In this document: positions 9,927 to 19,546 of the stretch, one piece after another
How positions within the stretch are numbered: position 1 is the stretch's first letter
Layout of the letters: each line of letters begins with the position of its first letter
Source of the DNA: Myxococcota bacterium
GTDB taxonomy: Bacteria; Myxococcota_A; UBA796; SXON01
Assembly (NCBI GenBank): GCA_040386535.1
Contig: JAZKFH010000043.1
Span: forward strand, 1 to 64,000
DNA: 64,000 bases
Reading direction: 5' to 3'
Program-made: the position numbers and the translations under genes
The notes under the pieces: generated by a model
What the model was told of the DNA's origin: nothing
The model's input: only the letters and a program-made list of their open reading frames with translations
Database searches by the model: none

Positions 9927-10124
9927 GTGACGAACGGGCGGGGTGAGGCGCCACCCCTCGCGTTTGGCACCCTGAAGGTGACGAACGGGCGGGGTGAGGC
10001 GCCACCCCTCGCGTTTGGCACCCTGAAGGTGACGAACGGGCGGGGTGAGGCGCCACCCCTCGCGTTTGGCACCCTGCGGGTGACGAACGGGCGGGGTGAG
10101 GCGCCACCCCTCGCGTTTGCCACC
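9927..10124. repeat. Tandem array of four 51-bp palindromic (REP/BIME-like) units
   Basis: Unit GTGACGAACGGGCGGGGTGAGGCGCCACCCCTCGCGTTTGGCACCCTGAAG starts at 9927, 9978, 10029, 10080; bracketed by 48-bp direct repeats at 9883-9930 and 10261-10308 (3 mismatches). Confidence 0.95.
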
Positions 10125-10162
10125 GTCCCAGTCGGTCTCCCCGCTCTCCCCGCTGCCCTCTC

Positions 10163-10207
10163 GGCCACGGAGGCACCCCCTGTCGAGCAGGTCCCCGCTC
10201 GGTGGCC
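10163..10207 (-). repeat. 45-bp REP-like repeat (uninterrupted copy of the IS target at 21841-22680)
   Basis: Reverse complement GGCCACCGAGCGGGGACCTGCTCGACAGGGGGTGCCTCCGTGGCC matches the reconstructed empty site 21841-21879 + 22675-22680 at 42/45 positions. Confidence 0.85.
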
Positions 10208-10559
10208 GACGCCGGGTGAGCGACTGAAGTGGACCACCCGCCCCGACCTCGTCCGCCACACGGACGAAACCCACCCACCTGTTCGACAGGTCCCCCGACT
10301 GGGTGTGAACCTACATCATTCGGTCTGGCCCGTGCGGCTCGCAAATGAGAGCCGTCTCGTGGGGATGTTGCCGCGGCCTCCCGGAGTTCGCCGTTTCCGC
10401 TGGCTCCGCGGTCATGGAGCGGCCGCCACGCGGTCACCGAGGGCACATCATCCCGGATGATCTCCGATCCTGGCCACCACTGATCCCCGACTCCATCCGG
10501 CACCCTCCCCACCCCGCGCCACTCTCCCGACCTCCCCGAGCGCTACACTCCCCGTCCCG

Positions 10560-12353
10560 ATGCTCTTGCTCCTGCCCTCGCTCGCCAACGCCCAGGACAC
10601 CCTCTCCCTGGCGACCCTCGAAGCGTGGCGCGACGAGCTGCGTGCGCCCATCGAGGCCGTGGCGGGTCGCACCTTCGTCGAGGTGCCGGGGCTCGCGATC
10701 GCCACGCCGGACACCATGGCGTTGCGCGAGAAGCAGCTCTACGAGGTCGGGTTCCGCGCCGCCCGCCGCGACGCGCTGGCCTTCTACGAGCACGACACCC
10801 AGGGGGTGATGGTGCAGGCGGCGGCGTGGCAGGCGGCGTTCCGGGAGCATCGCGTGGAGGCGACGCTGCTCGGGCCGGTGGTGCGGTGCGTGCTCGCGCA
10901 CGAGATGGTCCACGCGCTCCAGCACCAGTACGCACCCACCGCTCACCTGGAGGGCGACGCCGCCGCCGTGGCGCACGCCCTGGCCGAGGGGCACGCCGAT
11001 CACGTCGCTACGCAAGTGTGTGGCGAGGGGCGGGCGTGGCTCGACGTGATCCAGGGGCTCGACGTGCTCGCGAGCCGGCCGCACACCGACGCGATCGCCA
11101 TGAACTACGGCTACGCCGAGGGCTTCGTGCGGCACCTCGAGTCGGTCGCCGGTACGGACGCGGTGTGGGCGGCCCTCTCCGCGCCGCCGCCTCGGGAGCT
11201 GGTCGTGCGGGTGGGCGCGGCCGACCTCGCGCCGGGATGGCAGGCCCTGACACCGTTGCTGGAGGCGGCGCTCCCGATGGGCGGCCCCACCGGCACGCCC
11301 GTCGGCGGGCGGCTCTCGCCCGCCGGCGCACTCGCGCGCGCCGCCCCCAAGGATCAAGAGGATGCGCCCGACCTGTTCCCGCTGCTCCCCGCCTCCGCGG
11401 GGCTCGGGTGGTCCGCGTCGGTCGGCGCACACCAGAACGGCGTGATGGCGTTCCTCCTGGAGAGCGAGGCGGACGGCCGGGCGTGGCTCGCGCGGCGCCG
11501 GGCGTCCCTGGCGAGGCACGCGTTCGCCGCTTTCCTGCAGTCCAGCGTGACGATGGAGAACCCGCCCCGCCTCCGCGGAGCCCAGGATCTCCGCCGCCTC
11601 CCCGGGGTGGATCGCACCCTCGCGTTCACGCTCGCCGTGGGCGGCGACTGGGCCTACCACGAGGCCTGGGCGCTCCAGGGGCGGCGCCTGCTCGGGGCCT
11701 TCACCCACGACGCGCGGCCGGACATGGGCGCGGTGCAGGCGACCGTCGCGGCGCTGGTGGCGCTCGAGCTCCCCGAGCGCGGCCCCGGGGTCACCCCGGC
11801 CGACACCGAGGCGCTCGCCGCGCTCGCCCCCGCGGCACCGCTGCCGCGCACGCGCTCGTGGGAGTTCAGCGCTGCCCAGCTCTTCCCCGCCATCCAGCGC
11901 GGCGAGTGGGCGGCCTGTGTCACCCGCTCCGAGGCCGCCCTGACCGATCTCCCGCCAGCGGCGCGCGCAGGCGTGGTCGCCGGGGCGATCCCGTGCGCGG
12001 CGCTCGCCGATGACCTCCCTGCGGCCGACCGCCTCGTGGCCGCCGCGGGCGGCGTGGACACGCTCCCGGCGTGGTCGGGCTTCCACTACGCCATCCTCCT
12101 GGCGGACGTGGGTCGCTGGGAGGACGCGCTGCGCGCCCTCGCGGCCGACCATCCTCCCTACATGCCGCTCCGGGCGTGGTCCGTGACGGCCGACGGCGCC
12201 CAGAAGGCCGCGTCCATCACGCTCCTGGCGTCGGTGCATCTCGCGCGGTGGGACGAGGTCGATCGCGCGTTGGCGGCGGCCGCGGCGGCGCCCGAGGATC
12301 TCGCGTGGGCGCGCGAGCAGCGGGAAGCCGCCCGCGCACGGCCCCGCCGCTGA
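10560..12353 (+). CDS. Exported putative zinc metallopeptidase (gluzincin-like) with helical C-terminus
   Basis: Short signal MLLLLPSLANA; LAHEMVHALQHQ (HExxH) and downstream ALAEGHA third ligand. Confidence 0.75.
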   Translation: MLLLLPSLANAQDTLSLATLEAWRDELRAPIEAVAGRTFVEVPGLAIATPDTMALREKQLYEVGFRAARRDALAFYEHDTQGVMVQAAAWQAAFREHRVEATLLGPVVRCVLAHEMVHALQHQYAPTAHLEGDAAAVAHALAEGHADHVATQVCGEGRAWLDVIQGLDVLASRPHTDAIAMNYGYAEGFVRHLESVAGTDAVWAALSAPPPRELVVRVGAADLAPGWQALTPLLEAALPMGGPTGTPVGGRLSPAGALARAAPKDQEDAPDLFPLLPASAGLGWSASVGAHQNGVMAFLLESEADGRAWLARRRASLARHAFAAFLQSSVTMENPPRLRGAQDLRRLPGVDRTLAFTLAVGGDWAYHEAWALQGRRLLGAFTHDARPDMGAVQATVAALVALELPERGPGVTPADTEALAALAPAAPLPRTRSWEFSAAQLFPAIQRGEWAACVTRSEAALTDLPPAARAGVVAGAIPCAALADDLPAADRLVAAAGGVDTLPAWSGFHYAILLADVGRWEDALRALAADHPPYMPLRAWSVTADGAQKAASITLLASVHLARWDEVDRALAAAAAAPEDLAWAREQREAARARPRR

Positions 12354-12424
12354 CACACAGCGGTGACGCACGGCGCCCCCGCCGGTGATGTGCCGACCCG
12401 CATCCGCCCGCCACCTCCGAACCC

Positions 12425-12565
12425 CGCGCGACGGGCCTGGAAGGCGCGGCGGCGCAGCGCGACGCCGCGGCTCGGCCGCGGACCGCAGCGCGGGCCGCCG
12501 CCAGCCGAGCGGCTCTGCCGCGAGCCTGGAAGAGACCGGACCGCCGCCCGGCGGCGGTCGCGCCC
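12425..12565 (-). repeat. Dispersed structured intergenic element, copy 3
   Basis: Reverse complement GGGCGC-hairpin-...CCAGGCTCGCGGCAGAGCCGCTCGGCT...G-AGCC...CCTTCCAGGCCCGTCGCGCG. Confidence 0.8.
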
Positions 12566-12697
12566 GATGCGTGGAGCAGGAACACGGCCGCTCGAAGCGG
12601 GATATCCGCCCCGCTGACACCTCTTTACACGAACCGCACAGCCAGGGACACACGATCCCGCGTACTCTCATCCGCCCTACCGCCCGAGGACCCCGCC

Positions 12698-13765
12698 ATG
12701 GCCCGATCCCTTCTCGCCCTGTTGATGATCGGCTGCATCGAGCCCGACGGCCCCGCGGAGCCTGCCGAGAAGCTGTCGCTCATCGGCACGGGGGACGGTT
12801 CGCCCGAGTCCGTCGAGTTCACCTACATCCTCGGCACGGAGGAGAAGGTCGACGATCCGCGCGACATCGGGTTCGACGCCGACGGCAACCTCTGGATCGC
12901 CAACCGCTCCGATGACCGCACGTTCATCGTCTACGAGCCGGGCACGGGCAACCAGGACTACGACCGTCGCAAGGACGGGTACGCGCTGCACTTCATGGAG
13001 GAGACCGCCGCGTTGGCGTTCGACACCGGCACGCAGTTCGCCAGCTGCGGCGAGTCCAACAACACGTACGACGACGCGGCGATGCCGGGCAACGGCTACA
13101 TGGGCCCCGCGTTGTGGACGACCGATTTGGACGTGTTCGGCGTGGAAGACCCGATCGGGCTCGGCTCCCACCTCGACATGACCCACGAGACCCCCCTCTG
13201 CGTCGGCATCGCGTGGGAGTCCGCCAACGTCTACTGGGTGTTCGACGGGGACAAGGGCAACCTCGTCCGCAACGACTTCGCGGCCGACCACGGCATCGGG
13301 ATGGACGAACACTTCGACCAGGTGCTCCACCGCTTCGCCGAGCCGGACCTCCTGCGCGTCGAGGAGGCCCCGGGCCACATCGTCATCGACCACGAGGCCA
13401 ACCGCATCTACGTGGCCGACACGGGCAACGGCCGCGTGTTGTGGGTCGACATGCTGAGCGGGGTCGAAGGGCGTGACATGCCGACGAACGACCCGGGCGC
13501 CATCGAGCTCCGGTGGGACGAGGTCGTCTGGGGCGAGGTGTCCGCCGACTTCGACGCGCCGGGCGGGCTCGCGCTCGCCAACGGCCACCTGTTCGTGGGT
13601 GACTGGGGCACGGGCGAGATCACGGAGATGGATCTGGAGGGCAACGTCATCCGCACGCTCGACACGGGTTTTGGTCCGGAGTCGCTCCACGGCATCGAGA
13701 TCGGGCCCGACGGCAAGCTCTGGGTGGTCGACATGCAGACCGGCGTGTACCGGATCGACCCGTGA
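12698..13765 (+). CDS. NHL/beta-propeller lipoprotein
   Basis: LLMIGC lipobox; repeats PRDIGFDADGNLWIA, IYVADTGNGRV, GIEIGPDGKLWV. Confidence 0.85.
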   Translation: MARSLLALLMIGCIEPDGPAEPAEKLSLIGTGDGSPESVEFTYILGTEEKVDDPRDIGFDADGNLWIANRSDDRTFIVYEPGTGNQDYDRRKDGYALHFMEETAALAFDTGTQFASCGESNNTYDDAAMPGNGYMGPALWTTDLDVFGVEDPIGLGSHLDMTHETPLCVGIAWESANVYWVFDGDKGNLVRNDFAADHGIGMDEHFDQVLHRFAEPDLLRVEEAPGHIVIDHEANRIYVADTGNGRVLWVDMLSGVEGRDMPTNDPGAIELRWDEVVWGEVSADFDAPGGLALANGHLFVGDWGTGEITEMDLEGNVIRTLDTGFGPESLHGIEIGPDGKLWVVDMQTGVYRIDP

Positions 13766-15234
13766 TCCTCGCGCTGCTCGCGGCCTGCGCGGGCGGCGAC
13801 ACCGTCGACACGGGCACGCCCGACACCGCGGACACGGCGGTGGACACCGACGCGCCTGCCGACGACGGCACCTGGGCCATCGTCGGCGGCGCCAAGGTGG
13901 ACGGGCTCGGCAACGCCGTGATCGCCGAGGACCTCGACGGCGACGCGCAGGCCGACCTGCTCGTGGCCGCCTACCTCGGCAACCGCGTGTGCCTCGTGCG
14001 CGGGCCGCTGGCGCCGGGGCTTCAGGGGGTCGACACCGTCGGCACCTGCCTCTCCGGCGAGGTCGACACCGACTACGCCGGCTACGGCATCGCGGCGGTG
14101 GGCGATCTCGACGGCGACGGGATCCCCGAGGCCGCCGTCGGATCCATCGGCTACAGCCCCACGGAAGCGCCTTACGTCGGCAAGGTGTACCTCCTGCCGG
14201 GCACCTGGGCGGCCTCCGGGAGCGGCGCCACCCTCGCCAGCGTCGCGACCGCCACCCTCCTCGGCGAGACCGCGGGCGACTACGCCGGGCTCTCCATCGC
14301 CCCGGGCGGCGATCTCACGGGCGACGGCCTGCCGGACCTCGTCGTGGGTGCCTCCGGCTTCGACGGCGAGGCCACCGCGGGCGCGGGCGGCGGGCGCGCG
14401 TACATCGTGGCGGGGCCGCTCGTGGGCGAGGGCGCGCTGGCGGACGCGTGGGGGTCCATCACCGGCCTCGGGGCCGTGGCCGCCCCCGAGGGCCCCCCTG
14501 CCGATGGCGCCCCGCCCCCGCACGGCTCCTTTGGTGTGGGCGACTTCGTGGGCGACGCGCTCGCCGGCCCCGGGGACTTCGACGGCGACGGCGCAACCGA
14601 CCTCGCCCTCGGTGCCAGCGGCGACGCGACGCTCGGCGCCAACACCGGCAAGGCCATCGTCTGGTTCGGGCCGCTCCAGCCCGGCGCCGGCGGCGTGCTC
14701 GACGCGGACGTGACGCTCACCGGCCCCGCCGCGAACGGCTACGCCGGCAGCCCGCTGCGCGCGCTCCCCGACCTCGACGGTGACGGCCGCGACGAGCTCC
14801 TCGTCTCGGGTGACGGCCTCGGCGTGGTGTGGATCGTGTCCCCCAGCGCGGCAGGCACCTTCTCCCTCGCGGACGCCCCCATTCGTATCGAGGGCCGCGA
14901 CGTGGACGACACCTTCGGCGCCGCCGTGGCCTTCGGCGAGCTCGACGGCGACGGCCTGCTCGACCTCCTCATCGGCGCCCCCAGCGGCGGCACCGACGCG
15001 GTCGCCTCCGGCATGACCCACGCGGTCCTCGGGGGCTTCACCCCGGGCGTCCACCCCCTCGGCGACACCACGTTCTACGGCGTCGGCCTGGGCGATGGCT
15101 TCGGCCGCGCCGTCGCCGTCGGCGATCTCGACGGCGACGGCCGCGCCGATCTGGTCACCGGCGCGCCCGCGAGCGACGTGGACACCGTCAGCTTCTCGGG
15201 CGGCGTCTGGATCGCGGCCTCCCCTTGGGAGTGA
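13762..15234 (+). CDS. FG-GAP/integrin-alpha repeat lipoprotein
   Basis: MILALLAAC, DT linker, about seven DLDGDG...GA repeats, FGxAV motifs; GTGA overlap with upstream gene. Confidence 0.88.
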   Translation: MILALLAACAGGDTVDTGTPDTADTAVDTDAPADDGTWAIVGGAKVDGLGNAVIAEDLDGDAQADLLVAAYLGNRVCLVRGPLAPGLQGVDTVGTCLSGEVDTDYAGYGIAAVGDLDGDGIPEAAVGSIGYSPTEAPYVGKVYLLPGTWAASGSGATLASVATATLLGETAGDYAGLSIAPGGDLTGDGLPDLVVGASGFDGEATAGAGGGRAYIVAGPLVGEGALADAWGSITGLGAVAAPEGPPADGAPPPHGSFGVGDFVGDALAGPGDFDGDGATDLALGASGDATLGANTGKAIVWFGPLQPGAGGVLDADVTLTGPAANGYAGSPLRALPDLDGDGRDELLVSGDGLGVVWIVSPSAAGTFSLADAPIRIEGRDVDDTFGAAVAFGELDGDGLLDLLIGAPSGGTDAVASGMTHAVLGGFTPGVHPLGDTTFYGVGLGDGFGRAVAVGDLDGDGRADLVTGAPASDVDTVSFSGGVWIAASPWE

Positions 15235-15272
15235 GCGGCCCGGGTTGACCGCTCCTGTTCACCGTCCTTGTG

Positions 15273-16076
15273 TCAGCGCGTGCCCGGCTCCTCGGGCCCC
15301 ATCCCCTCCGTCTCCGCGCCGAACCAATCGTTGCGCCACCGCGCGAGTTGGTTCACGTGGATCAGGTTGTCTGTCACGATCTCCTGCCCCACGGTCTGGA
15401 GCTCGGGGTGCTCGATTTGTGGCAACGACGCATGGGCCACCTGCATGCCCCAGATGTCGTGCTGCACGAGCGCGGCGGTGAAGTAGGCGTCGAACGCGTC
15501 GTCGGGGAGGTTCTTGAGCGCGGCCAGCTGCTCGTTCGCGTCCCACTGCGCCGCGCCGGTCTCCTTGGTGACACCCTGCATCGCCTCCGGGTGCTGCGGG
15601 TCGAGCTCCGCGGCGTCGATCTCCCAGGCGGCGCCGTACTCGTAGCGGGGCATCCCCAGGTTCTGCGCGGCCTGGTCCAACGTCGGCATGCGCGCCCGTC
15701 CCGTCTCGAACCAGAGCTCCCGCCAATTCTGGAGCTCCGCTATCCGCGCGGTCTGGTCGGCCGCGAGGTTCTTCGCGAACACGCGCAGCTCGTCCTTCTG
15801 CGCGCGCCGGGCGCCGACCTCCGCGAGGTTCTTCGTGTGGTTGGCGTAGGCGAGCATCGTGTCGATGAACTGCGCATCGTAGGAGAGGCTCGCCTCGGAC
15901 TCGGTGCCGAGCTCCATCTCTGGCACCGGCTCGTCGGGCGCGCCCGGCCGTGTGTCGGGCCGGGTCTCGGGCCGTGCATCTGGACGTGACGACGAATCCG
16001 GCGGCTCGATCCCCGAGGGCTCCGGCATGGGGCCACACGCGCCGAGCGCCACGATCGCGGCAAGGAACAGCTTCAT
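15273..16076 (-). CDS. DUF305 (ferritin-like) domain lipoprotein, divergent
   Basis: ALGAC lipobox; two helical repeats DAQFIDTM...LAADQ...IAELQNWRELWF and FDAYF...IVTDN...LARWRNDWF. Confidence 0.7.
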   Translation of the reverse strand: MKLFLAAIVALGACGPMPEPSGIEPPDSSSRPDARPETRPDTRPGAPDEPVPEMELGTESEASLSYDAQFIDTMLAYANHTKNLAEVGARRAQKDELRVFAKNLAADQTARIAELQNWRELWFETGRARMPTLDQAAQNLGMPRYEYGAAWEIDAAELDPQHPEAMQGVTKETGAAQWDANEQLAALKNLPDDAFDAYFTAALVQHDIWGMQVAHASLPQIEHPELQTVGQEIVTDNLIHVNQLARWRNDWFGAETEGMGPEEPGTR

Positions 16077-16151
16077 CGAACCTCCAACCTGGCGAACTAG
16101 GTAGGGTCGGCGAGGGCTTGCTCCTTGTCATTGGATGCCATGTCGGGCGGG

Positions 16152-16306
16152 GGGCGCACCCGCGCGGACGCGGGCCGGTTGTCTTGCGGGGTCGGGCTGG
16201 CGCCCTCCGTCGCCGGCTGCGGGCCGGCGGACTGGCGCGGGCCTTGGGCTTTGGGTGGAGTTCGGCGGGTGCGGGGCCCGCGCCACCCTTCAGCCCACCT
16301 TGCGCG
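16152..16306 (+). repeat. Dispersed structured intergenic element, copy 4 (divergent)
   Basis: GGGCGC-CCCGCG CGGA CGCGGG-...-GGGC TGGC GCCC-TCCGTC-GCCGGC/GCCGGC-G-GAC-hairpin-CCCTTC...TTGCGCG; same architecture, low identity. Confidence 0.6.
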
Positions 16307-16418
16307 GGGACCCCGGCGCGAGTTGTGCCCGATCGTCGCCCCGCGATCGGGACTTCCGCTACACTGGGAGCATGCGCGCCGCCTCGATCCCCAGCCCGTG
16401 CTCCGCAGTCGGAGCGCG

Positions 16419-17222
16419 ATGACATTCATCGTCCTGCTGACAATCGGCTGTCGCCCTGCGCTGCGAGACGCAGAGTATTCGCTGGTGGAGCACGTGCCTT
16501 CCCATCTGGCGGGCGAACTCCTGGCACGAGGCGTCAGAATCTCTGATGGCTGTTGCCCTCAGGCTCCTGTACCGGAGCCGGTCATCGCGTGCGCACGGGT
16601 CACCGGAACGCCACTGGATATGAAGGGCGCCGCGTCTGTCGGGGTGCCGGGTTCGAGCGGCACACTCCTGATCGAGTGCGGTTCGCACCAGTCGTGGCAG
16701 GACCTTCTGGAGGAACCATCCTCCAGCGTGACGGTCGAAGGGCCGCTTTGGGTTGTCACGTATCCTGAGCACGATCCGGATGTGCTGAAGGCGAAGCCGA
16801 GCGGCGGTGACGCGCTGATGATGCTGCCGTGCCGCGTCGTCGAGCCCCCTCCCGCGGTCGAGCCCGCACCGACGGCGCGCGCGCGAAGCGTCGTCGGCGG
16901 GATGGTCACAGGGAACCCGAGCGAGATCGCCGAAGGGACACCTGTCCGCTGGACCGAGGTGGAGGTGAAGGAGCGCCCCACCATCTCCGAGTCCGACTTC
17001 CCGCAGGAGGCAAGAGAGCGTGGCCTCCCCGGCGAACAATGCAACGTGCGCCTCTATGTCGACGAGATGGGCGTTCCCTACGATGTGAAGGCCCTGGCCT
17101 GCTCAGAGATCTTCTTCCCTGCGGCCCGCGAAATCGCGATGCGCTACCGATTCTACCCCGCCACGATCGAGGAAAAACCCATCAGGGTCGAGTTCGACCT
17201 GCTGCTCAACTTCCGGCAGTGA
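16419..17222 (+). CDS. Protein with C-terminal TonB_C-like domain
   Basis: Pro-rich linker then FPQEARERGL...VRLYVDEMGVP...AREIAMRYRFYPA...IRVEFDLLLNF; possible lipobox LTIGC; start uncertain. Confidence 0.65.
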   Translation: MTFIVLLTIGCRPALRDAEYSLVEHVPSHLAGELLARGVRISDGCCPQAPVPEPVIACARVTGTPLDMKGAASVGVPGSSGTLLIECGSHQSWQDLLEEPSSSVTVEGPLWVVTYPEHDPDVLKAKPSGGDALMMLPCRVVEPPPAVEPAPTARARSVVGGMVTGNPSEIAEGTPVRWTEVEVKERPTISESDFPQEARERGLPGEQCNVRLYVDEMGVPYDVKALACSEIFFPAAREIAMRYRFYPATIEEKPIRVEFDLLLNFRQ

Positions 17223-17234
17223 CGGCCCCCGAGC

Positions 17235-18317
17235 CTACCCCACCCCCCCATACCCAACCTCCACCCCCCCCTCTCCCATCCCCACCTCCGCCGCCTCCCA
17301 CAGAACCAGATCACTCTCCTGCCCGGTGATCACGGGCACGTCGTGCGGCGTGTTGTGGTGGCCGAGGGTCTTGCCCGCCGCGAGGCGATCGGACACGAAG
17401 CGGCGGTGGGCGGCGAGGCGTGCGGTGTTGCGGCCGAGCGTCGGGGCCTCCGCGATGCGCGCGTGGATGCGGTCGGCCAACGCCGGCTCCCACTCGACGC
17501 CCACGCTGTTGCGCCCCGCGCACGCCGCCGCGAGCTGGGTCGTGCCCGTGCCCGCGAAGGGATCGAGCACGGTGTCGCCGTACACCGAGTACATGTGGAT
17601 GAGGCGCGCGGGGAGCTCCAATGGAAACGCGCCGGTGCGCTCGCGCAGCTCGGGCGCCCCCTTCGACGGCGCCCCCTTCGACGCCCGCACCATCGCCTGC
17701 CCCGTCCCCAGCAAGTCCGTCCACACGTCCGAGAACCAGACGTTCCGCTCCTCCCAGAAATACGCGCTCTCGCGCCGCGCCCGTTTCTCGTCGGCACCCG
17801 AGAACGCACGCAGGCCGCCCTTGCGCAGCACCAGCACGTATTCATGCTCGTACGTCACGTAGGCACCACCCGGCAACATCCCCGAGCCCATGAACTTGTT
17901 GGGCGCGTTGGTGGGCTTGCGCCACAAGATGTCGGGCAGGACGGAGAAGCCGAGCGCCTCACACGCGCGCAGCACGCGCCCATGGTTGGACCACATGCGG
18001 AATTCGCCCGCGAGCGTGCGCGTGGCATCGCCGATGTTGACACACAGGAGGCCGCCGGGCACAAGCGCGCGGTGACACTCGGCCCACACCGCGTCCAGCG
18101 CCTTGTGTTGGGCCTCGAAAGCGCGGGCCGGCGCCTTCTCCAACGCCGCGCGGACACGCGGGTTCATGGCGGTGAACGCGTCGTCCCACATCGCGATCAT
18201 CGGGTACGGCGGCGAGGTGACCACGAGCGCTACGGACGCGTCCGCAACGCCTGTCATCCGCCGCGCGTCGCCGGTGACCACCCGGTGGGTCGTGCGCAAT
18301 CCCGCCGCTCGGGACAT
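17235..18317 (-). CDS. Orphan site-specific DNA methyltransferase (N4/N6 family, beta order)
   Basis: Catalytic VVTSPPY near N-terminus, FPLELP, SAM motif VLDPFAGTGT near C-terminus; start MSRAAG overlaps upstream TGA. Confidence 0.9.
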   Translation of the reverse strand: MSRAAGLRTTHRVVTGDARRMTGVADASVALVVTSPPYPMIAMWDDAFTAMNPRVRAALEKAPARAFEAQHKALDAVWAECHRALVPGGLLCVNIGDATRTLAGEFRMWSNHGRVLRACEALGFSVLPDILWRKPTNAPNKFMGSGMLPGGAYVTYEHEYVLVLRKGGLRAFSGADEKRARRESAYFWEERNVWFSDVWTDLLGTGQAMVRASKGAPSKGAPELRERTGAFPLELPARLIHMYSVYGDTVLDPFAGTGTTQLAAACAGRNSVGVEWEPALADRIHARIAEAPTLGRNTARLAAHRRFVSDRLAAGKTLGHHNTPHDVPVITGQESDLVLWEAAEVGMGEGGVEVGYGGVG

Positions 18318-19489
18318 CAGCCGCGCCAGGTTCGAAGCACGTCCGCGAGGCGCGTGTAATCGTCGGGCGCGTTGTAGAGCTGCCCGGAGATCCGCACGAA
18401 CACCCGATCGTCGTACGCGGAGAACGGCACCTCGATGCGGTGCTGGTCGTACATCGCGGCGCTCATGGCGTTGAGCGTCACGCCGTCCGTCGCGCGGGCC
18501 CAGGGCACCCGCACCGAGGCCATCGCGGCGTACAACGCCGGGTCGTCCGGGTGCGGCAGGTCGACACCGAGCGCCTCGGCGAGCTGGACGCGGCCGACTC
18601 GCACGAGCGCATGGTTGGCCGCGCGCACCGCGTCCGGGCCGAACCCTTCGAACAGATCGATCGCGTCCGGCACGGCCAACCATGCCGAGGGATCGAAGGT
18701 GCCCGTCCAATCGAACTCGCCCGCGAGGCCCGCCCCGTACCCGTGGGAGATGGCGAGGGGGTGCATCCGGGGCCGCCACGCGGGCGCGACGGAGAGGACC
18801 GCGGTGCCCTTGGGGGTGCACAGCCACTTGTGGAGGTTGCCGGTGTAGAAGTCGGCCCCGATGGCTGACAGATCGAGCGGGAGCAGCGCGGGGGCGTGTG
18901 CGCCGTCGACAAGCACGGGCACGCCCCGGGCGCGGGCCTCGGCCACGATCGCGGCGGCGGGGAGCACACATCCGGTGGCGGAGACCACGTGGTCGACCAC
19001 GACGAGGCGGGTGCGCGGACCGAACCCCGCCACGTAGGCGGCGGTCACCTGGGCGGCGGTTTCGAGGGGGAACGGCACGCGGACCTCGACCACGCGCACG
19101 CCGTAGCGGTCGGACAGGGCGCGCGCCGCCTGCTTCACGGCGTTGTAGGTGGAGTCGGCGAGGAGGATCTCGTCGCCCGGCGCCCAGTCGAACGTGTGGA
19201 GCACGGTGGCCACGCCGGTCGTGGCGTTGGCCACCGGCATCAGCCCGGCGGGATCGGCGTTCAGGAAGGCCGCCACCCGCGCGCGCACCCCGTCCATCAA
19301 CGCCGGGAGGCGCCGCGCGAGGAAGAGCACCGGTTGGCGCTCCATCTCGTCGCGCCAACGGGCCTGGGCCTCGAGCACCGCGCGGGGGGTGGCGCCGAAG
19401 CTGCCGTGGTTCAGGAAGGTGGCCTCGGGGTCGAGGCCCCACAACGACTTGAGGGCGCCGCTCCCGCTCGACCATTTCATTTCCTGCAT
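18317..19489 (-). CDS. Class V PLP-dependent aminotransferase (isopenicillin-N epimerase/C-S lyase-like)
   Basis: FLNHGSFG, NATTG, VDGAH, GNLHKW (PLP Lys), GTFDPS, RISGQLYN. Confidence 0.92.
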   Translation of the reverse strand: MQEMKWSSGSGALKSLWGLDPEATFLNHGSFGATPRAVLEAQARWRDEMERQPVLFLARRLPALMDGVRARVAAFLNADPAGLMPVANATTGVATVLHTFDWAPGDEILLADSTYNAVKQAARALSDRYGVRVVEVRVPFPLETAAQVTAAYVAGFGPRTRLVVVDHVVSATGCVLPAAAIVAEARARGVPVLVDGAHAPALLPLDLSAIGADFYTGNLHKWLCTPKGTAVLSVAPAWRPRMHPLAISHGYGAGLAGEFDWTGTFDPSAWLAVPDAIDLFEGFGPDAVRAANHALVRVGRVQLAEALGVDLPHPDDPALYAAMASVRVPWARATDGVTLNAMSAAMYDQHRIEVPFSAYDDRVFVRISGQLYNAPDDYTRLADVLRTWRG

Positions 19490-19546
19490 CTATCGCCGGC
19501 CGGGCCCGACGGCTGGCCCGGTGCGGACGGTGATAGGCTCGAAGCG

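Noticed and set aside
9927..10124. Possible CRISPR array
   Set aside because: Units are contiguous near-identical 51-mers with no unique spacers; no cas genes in the window.
9927..10460. 177-aa ORF with 17-aa repeats
   Set aside because: Simply the translation of the palindromic 51-bp DNA repeat; no independent coding evidence.
16360..16422. TACACT-6nt-ATG (16372) opening a 16-codon ORF that overlaps the TonB-like gene start
   Set aside because: Could be a leader peptide or a frameshifted 5' end, but cannot be told from chance without homologues.
17235..17290. C-rich tract suggesting a G-quadruplex or phase-variable run
   Set aside because: Encodes the Gly/Val-rich C-terminus of the methyltransferase; runs are short and at the extreme 3' end.
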